From Escherichia coli (GTDB lineage Bacteria > Pseudomonadota > Gammaproteobacteria > Enterobacterales > Enterobacteriaceae): a DNA stretch of 64,000 nucleotides. Where the stretch lies: the NCBI RefSeq assembly GCF_003991155.1, contig NZ_CP031293.1; one strand, given 5' to 3'. Made by a program: the position numbers and the translations under genes. Shown piece by piece: positions 49,566 through 60,491 of this stretch. Position 1 is the first letter of the stretch. Each line of letters opens with the position of its first letter. The notes beneath the pieces were generated by a model, which was not told the origin of the DNA, did no database searches, and saw nothing but the letters and a program-made list of their open reading frames with translations.

Positions 49566-49581
49566 TGGCATGAGAGTTGCT
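49566..49581 (+). promoter_or_regulatory. sigma54 (-24/-12) promoter candidate for yeaG: TGGCATGAGAGTTGCT
   Basis: GG-N10-GC spacing; about 100 nt upstream of yeaG, a known nitrogen-starvation (NtrC) gene. Confidence 0.5.
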
Positions 49582-49684
49582 GTGTTTTAGCAAGAGACGT
49601 CGTTCAGTTTACCTCTTCCGGGAGCCTCTACTATTCATATGAACGGCTCTTAACCTGTGCTAAAAAACGAAAGGACGGCATACC

Positions 49685-51619
49685 ATGAATATATTCGATC
49701 ACTATCGCCAGCGATATGAAGCTGCCAAGGACGAAGAGTTCACACTGCAGGAGTTTCTTACCACTTGTCGGCAAGATCGCAGTGCTTATGCCAACGCGGC
49801 TGAGCGGCTATTGATGGCTATTGGTGAGCCTGTCATGGTCGATACAGCCCAGGAACCCAGACTTTCTCGACTCTTTTCTAACCGGGTCATTGCACGTTAT
49901 CCGGCGTTTGAAGAGTTTTACGGCATGGAAGACGCGATTGAACAGATTGTCTCTTATCTGAAACACGCGGCTCAGGGGCTGGAAGAGAAGAAACAAATCC
50001 TGTATCTGCTGGGGCCTGTGGGTGGGGGTAAATCATCGCTTGCTGAGCGACTGAAATCATTAATGCAGCTCGTACCGATTTATGTATTGAGCGCCAACGG
50101 TGAGCGTAGCCCGGTCAACGATCATCCGTTCTGTCTTTTCAATCCGCAGGAAGATGCGCAGATTCTGGAAAAAGAGTATGGCATTCCTCGCCGTTATCTC
50201 GGCACCATCATGTCGCCGTGGGCGGCAAAACGCCTGCATGAATTTGGTGGCGATATTACTAAGTTCCGGGTGGTAAAGGTCTGGCCGTCAATTCTGCAAC
50301 AAATTGCTATCGCCAAAACGGAACCTGGCGATGAGAACAACCAGGACATCTCAGCGCTGGTAGGGAAAGTCGATATCCGTAAACTCGAACACTACGCGCA
50401 GAACGATCCAGACGCCTACGGATATTCTGGTGCACTGTGCCGCGCCAACCAGGGGATCATGGAGTTTGTCGAGATGTTTAAAGCACCGATAAAAGTGCTG
50501 CATCCCTTGTTAACCGCCACCCAGGAAGGTAACTACAACGGGACGGAAGGTATCTCCGCCCTGCCGTTCAACGGGATTATCCTCGCCCACTCGAACGAAT
50601 CCGAATGGGTCACTTTCCGTAATAACAAAAACAACGAAGCCTTCCTCGACCGTGTTTACATCGTGAAGGTGCCGTATTGCTTGCGCATTTCCGAAGAGAT
50701 CAAAATCTACGAGAAATTGCTTAATCACAGTGAATTGACTCACGCCCCCTGCGCCCCTGGCACGCTGGAAACACTGTCACGTTTTTCCATTCTTTCGCGC
50801 CTGAAAGAGCCAGAAAACTCCAGCATTTATTCAAAGATGCGGGTTTATGATGGCGAAAGTCTGAAAGACACCGATCCCAAAGCCAAGTCGTATCAGGAAT
50901 ATCGTGACTACGCCGGTGTCGATGAAGGGATGAACGGTCTGTCGACGCGTTTTGCGTTTAAGATCCTCTCCCGCGTGTTCAACTTCGATCATGTAGAAGT
51001 GGCGGCAAACCCGGTCCATCTGTTCTACGTCCTGGAACAGCAGATCGAGCGCGAGCAGTTCCCACAAGAGCAGGCAGAACGCTATCTGGAGTTCCTGAAA
51101 GGTTATCTGATCCCGAAATATGCCGAGTTTATCGGCAAAGAGATCCAGACGGCCTACCTTGAATCCTATTCCGAATATGGGCAAAACATTTTCGACCGTT
51201 ATGTTACCTACGCGGATTTCTGGATTCAGGATCAGGAGTATCGCGATCCGGATACCGGGCAGTTGTTTGACCGCGAGTCTCTTAACGCCGAGCTGGAGAA
51301 AATCGAGAAACCGGCGGGGATCAGTAATCCAAAAGATTTCCGCAACGAGATTGTTAACTTCGTACTGCGCGCCAGAGCGAATAACAGCGGACGCAATCCG
51401 AACTGGACCAGCTATGAAAAACTGCGCACGGTTATTGAGAAGAAAATGTTCTCCAATACCGAGGAGCTGTTGCCGGTTATCTCGTTTAACGCCAAAACGT
51501 CAACCGACGAGCAGAAGAAACACGACGACTTTGTCGACCGTATGATGGAAAAAGGCTACACCCGTAAACAGGTGCGTTTACTGTGCGAATGGTATTTGCG
51601 CGTACGTAAATCGTCTTAA
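49685..51619 (+). CDS. yeaG: PrkA-family serine protein kinase
   Basis: 644-aa ORF with P-loop GPVGGGKSS. Confidence 0.9.
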   Translation: MNIFDHYRQRYEAAKDEEFTLQEFLTTCRQDRSAYANAAERLLMAIGEPVMVDTAQEPRLSRLFSNRVIARYPAFEEFYGMEDAIEQIVSYLKHAAQGLEEKKQILYLLGPVGGGKSSLAERLKSLMQLVPIYVLSANGERSPVNDHPFCLFNPQEDAQILEKEYGIPRRYLGTIMSPWAAKRLHEFGGDITKFRVVKVWPSILQQIAIAKTEPGDENNQDISALVGKVDIRKLEHYAQNDPDAYGYSGALCRANQGIMEFVEMFKAPIKVLHPLLTATQEGNYNGTEGISALPFNGIILAHSNESEWVTFRNNKNNEAFLDRVYIVKVPYCLRISEEIKIYEKLLNHSELTHAPCAPGTLETLSRFSILSRLKEPENSSIYSKMRVYDGESLKDTDPKAKSYQEYRDYAGVDEGMNGLSTRFAFKILSRVFNFDHVEVAANPVHLFYVLEQQIEREQFPQEQAERYLEFLKGYLIPKYAEFIGKEIQTAYLESYSEYGQNIFDRYVTYADFWIQDQEYRDPDTGQLFDRESLNAELEKIEKPAGISNPKDFRNEIVNFVLRARANNSGRNPNWTSYEKLRTVIEKKMFSNTEELLPVISFNAKTSTDEQKKHDDFVDRMMEKGYTRKQVRLLCEWYLRVRKSS

Positions 51620-51719
51620 CAACCCTGGCCCGGTACACATGCTACCGGGCCTACAACGACAGCGAACCGTGGGCCAGAGAAATGGCAACACAGGCGTAGC
51701 ATACCGTTGGCAAATGTAG

Positions 51720-53015
<1,296 letters not shown>

Positions 53016-53018
53016 AAC

Positions 53019-53050
53019 TGTCAGCCGGGTCATTATCGCCTGGCTGATTT
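53019..53050 (+). terminator. terminator after yeaH (CAGCCGG...CCTGGCTG hairpin plus ATTTTT)
   Basis: Hairpin plus T-run. Confidence 0.6.
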
Positions 53051-53161
53051 TTAGCTCACTGTAAATTATCTCATTTATTACATACATTAGCTTACAATCG
53101 CTTTAAATATGACAGCATAACCTTTACACAATTTAGTTCCAGAAAACAATCATTCGGAAAA

Positions 53162-54637
53162 ATGATTCGGTCAACACGTATTTCCCTGGGGTTATTCTTT
53201 AATTATTTTTTATCGTCAACGAAAATTGATCCTGGTCAAAACTATATATCTCTGCCATCAATAAAATCCAGCACTCACATTGCTCTCCTTTTTATGGCTT
53301 CTATGGGTACACAAAAATTAAAAGCTCAAGGCTTTTTAGTTTTCAGCTTATTGCTGACGTTAATTTTATTTTGCATTACTACTTTATATAACGAAAACAC
53401 GAATGTAAAACTCATCCCACAGATGAATTACCTGATGGTTGTTGTGGCTTTGTTTTTCCTTAACGCCGTCATTTTTCTTTTCATGTTAATGAAGTATTTC
53501 ACTAACAAACAAATTTTACCAACACTCATTTTAAGCCTTGCATTTTTAAGTGGCCTTATCTATTTAGTTGAAACCATTGTAATTATCCATAAACCAATCA
53601 ACGGCAGTACACTGATCCAGACAAAGTCGAATGATGTTTCTATTTTCTATATTTTCCGCCAACTCAGTTTCATTTGTTTAACCTCGCTGGCGCTCTTTTG
53701 TTATGGGAAAGACAACATCCTTGACAACAATAAGAAAAAAACTGGCATTCTGTTGCTGGCGCTGATTCCTTTTTTAGTTTTTCCCCTTCTGGCACACAAT
53801 CTGAGTAGTTATAACGCTGACTATTCTTTGTATGTCGTCGATTACTGTCCGGACAACCATACTGCGACCTGGGGAATCAACTATACAAAAATATTGGTTT
53901 GTTTGTGGGCATTTTTACTGTTCTTTATTATCATGCGTACACGATTAGCCAGCGAACTATGGCCGTTAATAGCATTATTATGTCTGGCATCGCTATGCTG
54001 CAACTTACTTCTACTGACTCTGGATGAGTATAATTACACCATCTGGTATATCAGTCGCGGGATTGAAGTTTCCAGTAAACTGTTTGTTGTGTCTTTTCTG
54101 ATTTATAACATTTTTCAGGAACTGCAACTCTCCAGCAAACTGGCAGTTCATGATGTGCTGACCAATATTTATAATCGGCGCTACTTTTTCAACAGCGTAG
54201 AGTCATTATTGTCGCGACCTGTTGTTAAGGACTTTTGTGTCATGCTGGTTGATATTAATCAGTTCAAACGCATCAATGCCCAATGGGGACATCGTGTGGG
54301 TGATAAAGTGCTGGTATCAATTGTCGATATTATCCAGCAAAGCATCCGCCCCGATGATATTTTAGCGCGACTGGAGGGTGAGGTGTTTGGCTTGCTATTT
54401 ACCGAACTCAATAGTGCCCAGGCAAAAATCATTGCGGAACGTATGCGTAAAAATGTCGAACTCCTGACCGGCTTTAGTAACAGATATGATGTTCCTGAAC
54501 AAATGACCATCAGTATTGGCACGGTTTTTTCAACGGGTGACACGCATAATATCTCGCTTGTCATGACGGAAGCAGATAAAGCCTTACGCGAAGCGAAAAG
54601 CGAGGGGGGCAACAAAGTGATTATTCATCATATTTAA
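53162..54637 (+). CDS. yeaI: membrane-anchored GGDEF-domain protein with degenerate active-site motif
   Basis: 491-aa ORF; N-terminal multi-TM region; GGDEF domain with RLEGEVF in place of RxGGDEF. Confidence 0.85.
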   Translation: MIRSTRISLGLFFNYFLSSTKIDPGQNYISLPSIKSSTHIALLFMASMGTQKLKAQGFLVFSLLLTLILFCITTLYNENTNVKLIPQMNYLMVVVALFFLNAVIFLFMLMKYFTNKQILPTLILSLAFLSGLIYLVETIVIIHKPINGSTLIQTKSNDVSIFYIFRQLSFICLTSLALFCYGKDNILDNNKKKTGILLLALIPFLVFPLLAHNLSSYNADYSLYVVDYCPDNHTATWGINYTKILVCLWAFLLFFIIMRTRLASELWPLIALLCLASLCCNLLLLTLDEYNYTIWYISRGIEVSSKLFVVSFLIYNIFQELQLSSKLAVHDVLTNIYNRRYFFNSVESLLSRPVVKDFCVMLVDINQFKRINAQWGHRVGDKVLVSIVDIIQQSIRPDDILARLEGEVFGLLFTELNSAQAKIIAERMRKNVELLTGFSNRYDVPEQMTISIGTVFSTGDTHNISLVMTEADKALREAKSEGGNKVIIHHI

Positions 54638-54817
54638 GTGCAAAAATATTCAGAGCCATGCTTTTTGCGTGGCTTTTGCATACAATTTATTACTATTACC
54701 CCTAAATTTCCCCTCCCCAGCGGCGCAGAGATGAGTATAATTAGCGCCCCTGTGCCAGGCCGCAATCGAACTTTATCTGGTTTTCTCGTTTCACTAACCG
54801 AAGGAGTGCCATTTATC

Positions 54818-56308
54818 ATGAAATTGCACCATAGAATGCTCCGGCATTTTATCGCCGCAAGTGTCATTGTGCTGACATCTTCCTTCCTTATTTTTGAACT
54901 TGTCGCCAGTGACAGAGCAATGAGTGCCTATCTGCGCTATATCGTGCAGAGAGCAGACTCCTCCTTTCTTTATGATAAGTATCAGAATCAGAGTATTGCC
55001 GCGCATGTGATGCGCGCTCTCGCTGCTGAGCAGTCGGAAGTGTCGCCAGAACAGCGGCGAGCCATCTGCGAGGCTTTTGAGTCTGCCAATAATACCCATG
55101 GCTTAAACCTGACTGCCCATAAATACCCTGGCTTACGCGGCACACTACAAACCGCATCCACTGACTGCGACACAATTGTGGAAGCTGCTGCACTATTACC
55201 CGCTTTTGATCAGGCAGTGGAAGGCAACCGCCACCAGGATGATTACGGTTCAGGTCTTGGGATGGCCGAAGAGAAATTTCACTATTATCTCGATCTCAAT
55301 GACCGCTATGTCTATTTTTATGAGCCGGTTAATGTTGAGTACTTTGCGATGAATAACTGGTCCTTCCTGCAGTCAGGAAGTATTGGCATCGATCGCAAAG
55401 ATATTGAAAAGGTATTTACCGGGCGTACCGTATTATCGAGCATTTACCAGGATCAGCGTACTAAACAGAACGTGATGAGTTTGCTGACGCCGGTATATGT
55501 CGCAGGGCAGCTAAAAGGGATTGTGCTGCTGGATATTAACAAAAACAATCTGCGGAATATCTTTTACACTCATGACCGCCCTCTCCTCTGGCGTTTTCTC
55601 AATGTCACGCTAACTGATACAGATTCGGGGCGCGACATTATCATCAACCAGAGCGAAGATAATCTGTTCCAGTATGTCAGTTACGTCCATGACTTACCGG
55701 GCGGCATTCGTGTCTCGTTATCCATTGATATTCTTTACTTTATCACGTCTTCGTGGAAAAGCGTTCTGTTCTGGATTTTGACGGCGTTAATTTTGCTGAA
55801 TATGGTGCGGATGCACTTCCGTTTATACCAAAATGTGTCGCGAGAAAATATTAGTGATGCGATGACTGGACTGTATAATCGCAAAATTTTAACCCCTGAA
55901 CTGGAGCAGCGGTTGCAGAAACTGGTGCAATCCGGTTCTTCGGTGATGTTTATTGCAATTGACATGGACAAGTTAAAGCAAATAAATGACACCCTTGGTC
56001 ATCAGGAGGGGGATTTAGCGATTACGTTATTAGCTCAGGCGATTAAACAATCGATTCGTAAAAGTGATTATGCCATCCGACTCGGTGGCGATGAATTCTG
56101 CATCATTCTTGTCGATTCGACGCCGCAAATTGCAGCACAACTGCCTGAACGTATCGAAAAACGTCTACAACATATCGCGCCGCAGAAAGAGATCGGCTTC
56201 TCTTCCGGTATTTACGCGATGAAAGAAAACGATACGTTACATGATGCGTATAAAGCTTCCGATGAGCGTTTATATGTCAATAAGCAGAACAAAAACAGCC
56301 GTTCATGA
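54818..56308 (+). CDS. yeaJ: diguanylate cyclase (periplasmic sensor domain plus GGDEF)
   Basis: Start at MKLHHRMLRHFIAASVIVL; canonical RLGGDEF; 496 aa. Confidence 0.85.
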   Translation: MKLHHRMLRHFIAASVIVLTSSFLIFELVASDRAMSAYLRYIVQRADSSFLYDKYQNQSIAAHVMRALAAEQSEVSPEQRRAICEAFESANNTHGLNLTAHKYPGLRGTLQTASTDCDTIVEAAALLPAFDQAVEGNRHQDDYGSGLGMAEEKFHYYLDLNDRYVYFYEPVNVEYFAMNNWSFLQSGSIGIDRKDIEKVFTGRTVLSSIYQDQRTKQNVMSLLTPVYVAGQLKGIVLLDINKNNLRNIFYTHDRPLLWRFLNVTLTDTDSGRDIIINQSEDNLFQYVSYVHDLPGGIRVSLSIDILYFITSSWKSVLFWILTALILLNMVRMHFRLYQNVSRENISDAMTGLYNRKILTPELEQRLQKLVQSGSSVMFIAIDMDKLKQINDTLGHQEGDLAITLLAQAIKQSIRKSDYAIRLGGDEFCIILVDSTPQIAAQLPERIEKRLQHIAPQKEIGFSSGIYAMKENDTLHDAYKASDERLYVNKQNKNSRS

Positions 56309-56350
56309 TAACCTTCTGTGGTTGTTTGCTTGTAATCTCAGGAGCATGAA

Positions 56351-56854
56351 ATGACTGAAATGGCTAAAGGAAGCGTGACGCATCAGCGGTTAATCGCTTT
56401 ATTATCGCAAGAAGGTGCTGACTTCCGCGTCGTTACCCATGAAGCGGTAGGTAAATGTGAAGCGGTGTCAGAAATTCGTGGCACCGCTTTAGGCCAGGGG
56501 GCTAAGGCACTGGTATGTAAAGTCAAAGGCAATGGCGTAAATCAACATGTTCTGGCGATCCTCGCTGCCGATCAACAGGCCGATCTGAGCCAACTCGCCA
56601 GCCATATAGGCGGATTACGCGCTTCGTTGGCCAGTCCGGCGGAAGTCGATGAACTCACAGGCTGTGTCTTCGGCGCGATCCCCCCTTTCAGCTTCCATCC
56701 AAAACTCAAACTGGTTGCCGACCCCCTACTCTTCGAACGATTTGATGAAATCGCCTTCAATGCAGGCATGCTGGATAAATCCGTTATTTTGAAAACCGCG
56801 GATTATTTGCGCATTGCGCAACCAGAACTGGTCAATTTCCGCCGCACTGCGTAA
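56351..56854 (+). CDS. yeaK: YbaK/ProX-type aminoacyl-tRNA deacylase-domain protein
   Basis: 167-aa ORF. Confidence 0.8.
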   Translation: MTEMAKGSVTHQRLIALLSQEGADFRVVTHEAVGKCEAVSEIRGTALGQGAKALVCKVKGNGVNQHVLAILAADQQADLSQLASHIGGLRASLASPAEVDELTGCVFGAIPPFSFHPKLKLVADPLLFERFDEIAFNAGMLDKSVILKTADYLRIAQPELVNFRRTA

Positions 56855-56959
56855 CTAGCCTGTCCGTTCGATAAGAAGAACGGACAAAACCAGCACAACA
56901 GCAATGGCAAAAAACGATGACGTGATAATCAGTGTCTCGACGAACATTTGATCGTTCAT
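56855..56959 (-). CDS. yoaI: small hydrophobic protein (34 aa) [34 protein letters not shown]
   Basis: Not in the ORF track (under 60 aa); single predicted TM helix; matches the small protein I remember as yoaI. Confidence 0.6.
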   Translation of the reverse strand: MNDQMFVETLIITSSFFAIAVVLVLSVLLIERTG

Positions 56960-57128
56960 AGTATGCCCCCGGGAGATAGCTGTTTTCACGTTATTGTTAG
57001 CGTGCGCAAATGGCAGTTTGATGACAGTTCGCCTGATTTTTTATGCAAAAAACGTAAAGATTTTCTACTTCCTTCCTGCAGCAAGCGTAAAGTAAGCAGG
57101 CTTATTATTTTTTGGCAAGGAAACCACG

Positions 57129-57575
57129 ATGTTTGATGTCACTTTGCTGATCCTGCTCGGGTTAGCTGCGCTGGGCTTTATCAGTCATAACACCACTGTC
57201 GCCGTTTCAATTCTGGTGTTGATTATTGTCCGCGTCACACCGTTAAGCACCTTTTTTCCGTGGATTGAAAAACAGGGGCTAAGTATCGGGATAATCATTC
57301 TGACGATTGGTGTTATGGCCCCCATCGCCAGCGGGACGCTACCGCCCTCAACCCTGATTCACTCGTTTCTGAACTGGAAATCGCTGGTGGCAATTGCAGT
57401 CGGCGTTATTGTCTCCTGGCTGGGAGGGCGCGGCGTGACGTTAATGGGCAGCCAGCCGCAACTGGTCGCCGGGTTGCTGGTGGGCACTGTTTTAGGCGTG
57501 GCGCTGTTTCGCGGCGTACCGGTTGGCCCGCTTATTGCCGCGGGTCTGGTTTCGCTGATTGTGGGGAAACAGTAG
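57129..57575 (+). CDS. yeaL: UPF0756/DUF441 inner membrane protein
   Basis: 148-aa hydrophobic ORF. Confidence 0.8.
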
Positions 57576-58353
57576 TTAATCCCGCAATATATCGGCCTGG
57601 CGTTTGCCCCAGGCCTTTCTTAAACATAGTAATAAAGGCCGTTGTTGAATCATACCCCAGCGTATGAGCAACTTTCTGTACAGTATCGCCTTTCACTAAT
57701 CCCTGAAGCGCCATAATCAGCTGTAACTGCTGACGCCACTGGCGAAAACTCAAGCCCGTCTCTTTCACTATCAGCCGGGCAAGATTGCGTTCACTCATCG
57801 CAAAAAAGCCAGCCCATTGCCCCAATGAGCCCCACTCGACGGGCTCTTTCGCCATCATCTCCACCATCGCGCGGATTTTAGGATGAGAAGAAACGGGTAG
57901 GTGCAGCTGTTGTTGTGGCTGCTGAGGGAGTTCATCAAACAGGACCTGAATTAATCTGCGGGTCATCGGCTCAGCACGCTGAGTCGTCGTCCTGTTTGCC
58001 AGGGTTAAAATTAATTCCCGGCATAAGGGCGATATTTTCAATGTGCAACAGGTTGTCGGCATTGTCACTGCGCTGGGTTCGATAAACAGAAAACAGAGTT
58101 CAGCGTTAGCTGTCACTTGATTGCTATGTTCCACCCCTCCCGGTATCCAAACCGCATATTGTGGCGGCACCATCCACAAAGCATTTTCCACCGTACAGGT
58201 AATTGCACCATGTAGCGCCAGTATCAGCTGTCCTTTGCGGTGCTGATGTACAGGACTGGTTAACTCATCCGTTCCGGCGTGAATACAAAATGCGACCGCG
58301 GCTTCATGGTGTCGGTCGGGTTCATAGCCATTGAGATTCAACCTGTGCATCAT
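57532..58353 (-). CDS. yeaM: AraC-family transcriptional regulator (cupin plus HTH)
   Basis: 273-aa ORF; 3' end overlaps yeaL 3' end. Confidence 0.8.
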
Positions 58354-58449
58354 TTTGTCCGAATTTAGCGATAATTTGTCATTTTAGCTTGATTCAACAT
58401 AACAATAAAAACGGTAAGGTACAGCCTCGTTTGTAACAATGAGAAGCAT

Positions 58450-59631
58450 ATGACCTGTTCAACTTCATTAAGCGGCAAAAACAGGATTGTCCTTATCGCT
58501 GGTATTCTGATGATTGCCACAACATTACGCGTCACCTTTACCGGCGCAGCACCGTTACTGGATACGATTCGTTCCGCTTACTCGCTGACGACGGCGCAAA
58601 CCGGCTTATTGACCACCCTGCCATTATTAGCCTTTGCGCTAATCTCACCGCTGGCCGCCCCGGTGGCGCGACGTTTTGGTATGGAACGTAGCCTGTTTGC
58701 CGCGTTACTTTTGATCTGTGCAGGTATCGCAATTCGCTCTCTCCCTTCGCCTTACTTATTATTTGGCGGTACAGCGGTCATTGGCGGTGGGATTGCATTA
58801 GGTAATGTCTTACTGCCAGGATTAATTAAACGCGATTTCCCTCATTCCGTCGCCAGACTTACCGGCGCATATTCCCTGACAATGGGAGCTGCAGCGGCAC
58901 TGGGATCGGCGATGGTAGTGCCGCTGGCTTTGAACGGTTTTGGCTGGCAAGGCGCGTTGCTCATGCTGATGTCTTTTCCTCTGCTGGCTCTTTTTTTATG
59001 GCTGCCACAGTGGCGAAGTCAACAACATGCAAATTTGAGTACCTCACGCGCCTTACATACTCGGGGTATCTGGCGTTCGCCGCTTGCCTGGCAGGTAACA
59101 TTGTTTCTTGGGATCAACTCACTCGTCTATTACGTGATTATTGGCTGGCTTCCGGCGATCCTCATCAGTCACGGCTATAGCGAAGCACAGGCGGGTTCAC
59201 TGCATGGTTTGCTGCAACTAGCCACAGCAGCTCCCGGTTTGCTGATCCCACTTTTCTTACATCATGTGAAAGATCAGCGTGGTATTGCAGCGTTCGTTGC
59301 CTTGATGTGCGCAGTGGGCGCGGTTGGGCTCTGCTTTATGCCAGCGCACGCGATCACCTGGACTCTGCTTTTCGGTTTTGGTTCCGGCGCAACAATGATA
59401 CTGGGGTTGACGTTCATTGGTCTTCGGGCAAGTTCTGCGCATCAGGCGGCGGCACTCTCGGGGATGGCACAATCCGTCGGGTATTTGCTGGCAGCCTGTG
59501 GGCCGCCGCTGATGGGTAAAATACACGATGCTAACGGTGACTGGTCCATACCACTGATGGGTGTTGCCATACTTTCACTACTGATGGCGATTTTCGGACT
59601 TTGCGCCGGGAGAGACAAAGAAATTCGCTAA
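58450..59631 (+). CDS. yeaN: MFS transporter (cyanate-transporter-like family)
   Basis: 393-aa polytopic ORF. Confidence 0.8.
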   Translation: MTCSTSLSGKNRIVLIAGILMIATTLRVTFTGAAPLLDTIRSAYSLTTAQTGLLTTLPLLAFALISPLAAPVARRFGMERSLFAALLLICAGIAIRSLPSPYLLFGGTAVIGGGIALGNVLLPGLIKRDFPHSVARLTGAYSLTMGAAAALGSAMVVPLALNGFGWQGALLMLMSFPLLALFLWLPQWRSQQHANLSTSRALHTRGIWRSPLAWQVTLFLGINSLVYYVIIGWLPAILISHGYSEAQAGSLHGLLQLATAAPGLLIPLFLHHVKDQRGIAAFVALMCAVGAVGLCFMPAHAITWTLLFGFGSGATMILGLTFIGLRASSAHQAAALSGMAQSVGYLLAACGPPLMGKIHDANGDWSIPLMGVAILSLLMAIFGLCAGRDKEIR

Positions 59632-59685
59632 TATCCGGTGCTATAGTGACGTGACAAATCATGCGTGAAAGGGAGAACAAACACG

Positions 59686-60033
59686 ATGAATATTCAGTGC
59701 AAACGCGTTTATGATCCGGCTGAACAGAGCGATGGTTATCGCGTACTGGTCGACCGCCTCTGGCCGCGCGGTATCAAAAAAACCGATTTAGCCCTTGATG
59801 AGTGGGATAAAGAAATCACGCCGTCAACGGAACTGCGCAAAGCCTTTCACGGCGAAGTCGTCGATTTTGCAACCTTTCGCGAGCAATATCTTGCAGAACT
59901 GGCGCAACACGAGCAAGAAGGAAAGCGGCTGGCGAACATCGCCAAAAAACAGCCGCTGACCCTGCTCTACTCAGCAAAAAACACCACGCAGAACCATGCG
60001 CTGGTACTGGCAGACTGGCTACGTAGCTTGTGA
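59686..60033 (+). CDS. yeaO: DUF488 protein
   Basis: Start at MNIQCKRVYD, 115 aa. Confidence 0.75.
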   Translation: MNIQCKRVYDPAEQSDGYRVLVDRLWPRGIKKTDLALDEWDKEITPSTELRKAFHGEVVDFATFREQYLAELAQHEQEGKRLANIAKKQPLTLLYSAKNTTQNHALVLADWLRSL

Positions 60034-60054
60034 TTTTAGTACGCCATCCGGCGG

Positions 60055-60309
60055 TTATTTTTCACCAGCCGGATGGTCCCGTCGCCACAATGCCCATTCA
60101 TCAATCGTTTCACCGCCCGGTAATTTGCAATTGTTGCTGACCCCTTGCGCTGTCTGCACAGGAATGAGCGTCCCGCCCTTCTGCTGGCAATAGACCGACG
60201 CCGGATTTGCCATACCAATCTGTGGCGGTTTAGGTGCTTCTGGCTGAGAAGGGGTTGAACAACCAGCCAGGACCAGCAAGCAAGGCAGAACAAAACTGAT
60301 AATTTTCAT
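60055..60309 (-). CDS. yoaF: DUF333 lipoprotein
   Basis: 84-aa ORF with lipobox LAGC. Confidence 0.75.
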   Translation of the reverse strand: MKIISFVLPCLLVLAGCSTPSQPEAPKPPQIGMANPASVYCQQKGGTLIPVQTAQGVSNNCKLPGGETIDEWALWRRDHPAGEK

Positions 60310-60491
60310 TTATTGATCTCACATATTTATCCAGACTTAGAGTATCGCGGTATCGTTTTGTTTTGCAGCACTATTTTTATTACATTCACTCAAAACATAT
60401 TACGCCTTGTTTCATCTTTGTTGATGATGTTTTATCATGCCTGCAAAGATTAAATAATCAGCATTTACCCGCCGTATCCTGGAGTTGTTTC

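Noticed and set aside
49461-49688. 75-aa plus-strand ORF upstream of yeaG
   Set aside because: Sits in the yeaG promoter/5' UTR and spans the sigma54 element; no ribosome-binding site; likely non-coding.
56861-56885. Hairpin after the yeaK stop as an intrinsic terminator
   Set aside because: No U-tract on either strand and it lies inside the yoaI coding frame; kept only as an observation.
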